Virus record (IMG/VR): IMGVR_UViG_3300017914_001061
Span: 1-39,296 of that record
From: a virus
Taxonomy: Duplodnaviria > Caudoviricetes
Reading direction: 5' to 3' (one strand)
Length of the DNA stretch: 39,296 nucleotides
The notes beneath the pieces are model-generated. The model saw only the letters and a program-made list of their open reading frames with translations. It did no database searches and had not been told where the DNA came from. A program made the translations under genes and the position numbers. This document shows positions 37,444 through 39,296 of the stretch, piece after piece. The first letter of the stretch is position 1. Each line of letters opens with the position of its first letter.

Positions 37444-37725
37444 CTATTTTTCATACTGCGCTCTTTCCATTTCGTCAAGTGTAATAAAAGCTGCATCGCT
37501 ACCTTGAAACTCAAGGGGTAATCCCGTTGATAAATATTTTTTACCAAAGTATTCGCCTTGTTGTAGTATACAAAGCAAAGCATTGTTTGGTCTCATAAGT
37601 TCAAGGTACTCTTCGTAGTAGCTCTCTGCCTCTGTCGGGCAGGAAAAAAAGTGCGGCATATATTTGCCACGGTGTTGTGTTAGTACAACGTACACGACGG
37701 GGTGTTGCATTAGTTCATCTTCCAT
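37444..37725 (-). CDS. Hypothetical protein
   Basis: Tightly packed ORF in the early operon. Confidence 0.6.
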   Translation of the reverse strand: MEDELMQHPVVYVVLTQHRGKYMPHFFSCPTEAESYYEEYLELMRPNNALLCILQQGEYFGKKYLSTGLPLEFQGSDAAFITLDEMERAQYEK

Positions 37726-37884
37726 TTAATAGTTGGGTTCAATTTTTACTTGGTGTCTTTGGATTCCATATTTGAAATCATTATCTGCTACCATTTGGTA
37801 GGCTTCTTCGCGAGTCCTGGCTTTGATTACGTAGGTCTCGGTAACTTCAAACTCTGTGAGTGTTCCGATTATTTCATCGTCCAT
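37726..37884 (-). CDS. Hypothetical protein (likely start MDDEII)
   Basis: GGGG upstream of ATG 37884; YVIKARTREEA motif. Confidence 0.55.
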   Translation of the reverse strand: MDDEIIGTLTEFEVTETYVIKARTREEAYQMVADNDFKYGIQRHQVKIEPNY

Positions 37885-38080
37885 CGCAACCCCCGTTCTG
37901 TTCTCGTATGACTTTGTTCTTTTCAACTGCCCAGGAATCTATTCCAGTTCCCTCGCAACTGGAGCAAACGGCATAGTCTCGAATACCGTATCCAGTATCC
38001 CAATCGCCGCGTCCTCCGCAGTCTTCGCATTCCTCATTGTATAACAATTCGGGTAGCTTATCGCTTCTCATATCGCTCAT
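37874..38080 (-). CDS. Small DnaJ-type zinc-finger protein
   Basis: CEDCGGRG...CSSCEGTG. Confidence 0.7.
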   Translation of the reverse strand: MSDMRSDKLPELLYNEECEDCGGRGDWDTGYGIRDYAVCSSCEGTGIDSWAVEKNKVIREQNGGCDGR

Positions 38081-38315
38081 TTTCTTTAATCCTTTCTTGA
38101 TGTTCTAATTGTTCTTTTGATATGTAAGTATCAGTAAGGTACTCAAGCACCGCGTCAAGCCTATTGTTGCGCGGGGTTCGGTACTTATTGATTTCTTTCT
38201 CGCTAGGAAACTTTATGTGCTTAGCAAATGCTTTCACTATTTCCCTTGCGCGCTTGAATCCGTCTTTGGATTCCCTTTCTTTTTGTTTGATTAATTTAAT
38301 ATATGGGTCGTTCAT
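38058..38315 (-). CDS. Hypothetical protein, probably leaderless
   Basis: ATG begins at the 7th nt after the -10 box. Confidence 0.65.
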   Translation of the reverse strand: MNDPYIKLIKQKERESKDGFKRAREIVKAFAKHIKFPSEKEINKYRTPRNNRLDAVLEYLTDTYISKEQLEHQERIKENERYEKR

Positions 38316-38321
38316 AGTTGG

Positions 38322-38350
38322 AGTATCACTTTATCTTGTGCCTCTGTCAA
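38322..38350 (-). promoter_or_regulatory. Strong sigma70-type promoter of the replication operon
   Basis: TTGACA-17 nt-GATACT with upstream T-tract. Confidence 0.8.
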
Positions 38351-38404
38351 CAAAAAAACACAATATGTTGTGGTAGTGTAGGGGAAACACCCTCACTCCC
38401 CCAC

Positions 38405-38438
38405 AAAAAAGGGGTACCCCCTTTCGGTAGGTACCCCT
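38405..38438 (-). terminator. Rho-independent terminator built from two GGTACC palindromes
   Basis: Minus strand AGGGGTACCTACC-GAAA-GGGGGTACCCC-TTTTTT after the lysozyme gene. Confidence 0.75.
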
Positions 38439-38462
38439 GGAATCAAACGAATCAATGTAAAT

Positions 38463-38864
38463 TTATAGTACCCCTTTCTTTATTAATTCAAATCTGACCT
38501 TGTTCCAATAGTCTGTTAAATTTTTAACAACCTTCGGGTCTGTCTTCTTCCAGGCGAGTGCGCCTCCGTTCCATATCTGCGCGAGAGTGCGCACGTCTGC
38601 GGGTTTGCCCGTCTCCTTGGTGTAGTGCTTACCCCAATGCTCCAGGTAGAAAATACAAAGCTCTACGCTAGACTCAACGTCCGTTCTGTCTTCGTAGGTG
38701 TAGTGGTACCCCTTGAAGTTGTTCACGTCGTCTACGACCGCCTTGCTAATCTGTAAGATTCCTACGCTACGACCTCCGTCGCCTATCGCCTGCGGCGGGT
38801 TCGGGTGTCCGCCCGTTTCCACCGCTGCGAGAGCCATTACTAATTGCATAATTGGTATGTTCAT
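38463..38864 (-). CDS. Lysozyme-fold muramidase/transglycosylase (i-type/destabilase-like)
   Basis: AAVETGG (catalytic Glu), GDGGRSVGILQI, AQIWNGG, YWNKV. Confidence 0.8.
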   Translation of the reverse strand: MNIPIMQLVMALAAVETGGHPNPPQAIGDGGRSVGILQISKAVVDDVNNFKGYHYTYEDRTDVESSVELCIFYLEHWGKHYTKETGKPADVRTLAQIWNGGALAWKKTDPKVVKNLTDYWNKVRFELIKKGVL

Positions 38865-39296
38865 TTTGATTCCTTTCTATTGTAAGTGACTGCATTCGGG
38901 TCTAATTGGTTTGTGTGCGAACAGTCCTACACGTCTGCAAACGTCCGCGTCTGTCATTGCGCTTGATGTCCACGCCTCTTGTATCCACCGCCAGGCTACA
39001 AGGCGCGCTTCCTTGGACGTAGGGCAAGACTCGTCCTTGTGTTCAAACGTGCAGTCTATCGCGTTGCCCTTGTACACGATTGTAGGTTTGTAATGGTACC
39101 CTAATCTACGGTACCCCGCTTTTAGTTCACGGTGTGAATCCCACCCGAATTTTTTTGTAATCATTTTTTTCATTTTAATTCCTTTCTTTAGTTTGTGTAT
39201 TGCTCGATTTTGCCTAGCCATTCGTACAGTTCGCTCGCGTGCTTGTGTGTAATCATTCCCTCAAGCTGCGATGTTTCTATTAGGTTGTCTGCGATG
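38491..39296. repeat. Terminal redundancy with 1..497, interrupted by a 309-bp insertion
   Basis: 38491..38878 matches 1..388 (15 mismatches); 39170..39296 matches 371..497 (1 mismatch). Confidence 0.9.
38877..39173 (-). CDS. Hypothetical protein (98 aa), accessory cassette gene
   Basis: RBS AGAAAGGAATTAAAATG; absent from the allele at the window start. Confidence 0.7.
   Translation of the reverse strand: MKKMITKKFGWDSHRELKAGYRRLGYHYKPTIVYKGNAIDCTFEHKDESCPTSKEARLVAWRWIQEAWTSSAMTDADVCRRVGLFAHKPIRPECSHLQ

Noticed and set aside
38491-39296. True physical direct terminal repeats
   Set aside because: The copies differ by 15 mostly synonymous SNPs and a 309-bp indel, and the ends fall mid-gene; strain-mixed circular overlap explains this better

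Overview
Near-complete, circularly permuted genome of a ~38.5-38.8 kb podovirus-like tailed phage. A rightward late operon (3.9-32.4 kb) carries terminase, portal, scaffold, DUF5309-type major capsid, adaptor/nozzle/fibre genes, holin-like genes, a cluster of tiny basic proteins and three large virion/ejection proteins. A leftward early/replication arm (32.5-39.3 kb continuing into 1-3.5 kb) carries DnaB, a dATP/dGTP diphosphohydrolase-domain protein, an SSB-like protein, ERF, EndoVII, PD-(D/E)XK nucleases, a replication-initiator-like protein, a lysozyme, a class II GATase-GGCT fusion and an amidoligase. I recognised no integrase, DNA/RNA polymerase, tRNA or CRISPR array. Most unusual signals: (1) a 2684-aa acidic virion protein with about 13 periodic TonB-box-like strands alternating with SHOCT-like helices; (2) a GGGTACCC palindrome seen about 21 times, mostly in the early arm and absent from about 25 kb of the late operon; (3) the two contig ends are different alleles of one locus and differ by a 309-bp gene cassette bounded by repeated RBS/start sequences; (4) an amidoligase/GATase/GGCT module next to a G4/Z-DNA-rich putative genome terminus; (5) apparent absence of GATC, CATG, CCGG and GGCC. 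All counts were made by eye and no database searches were run.
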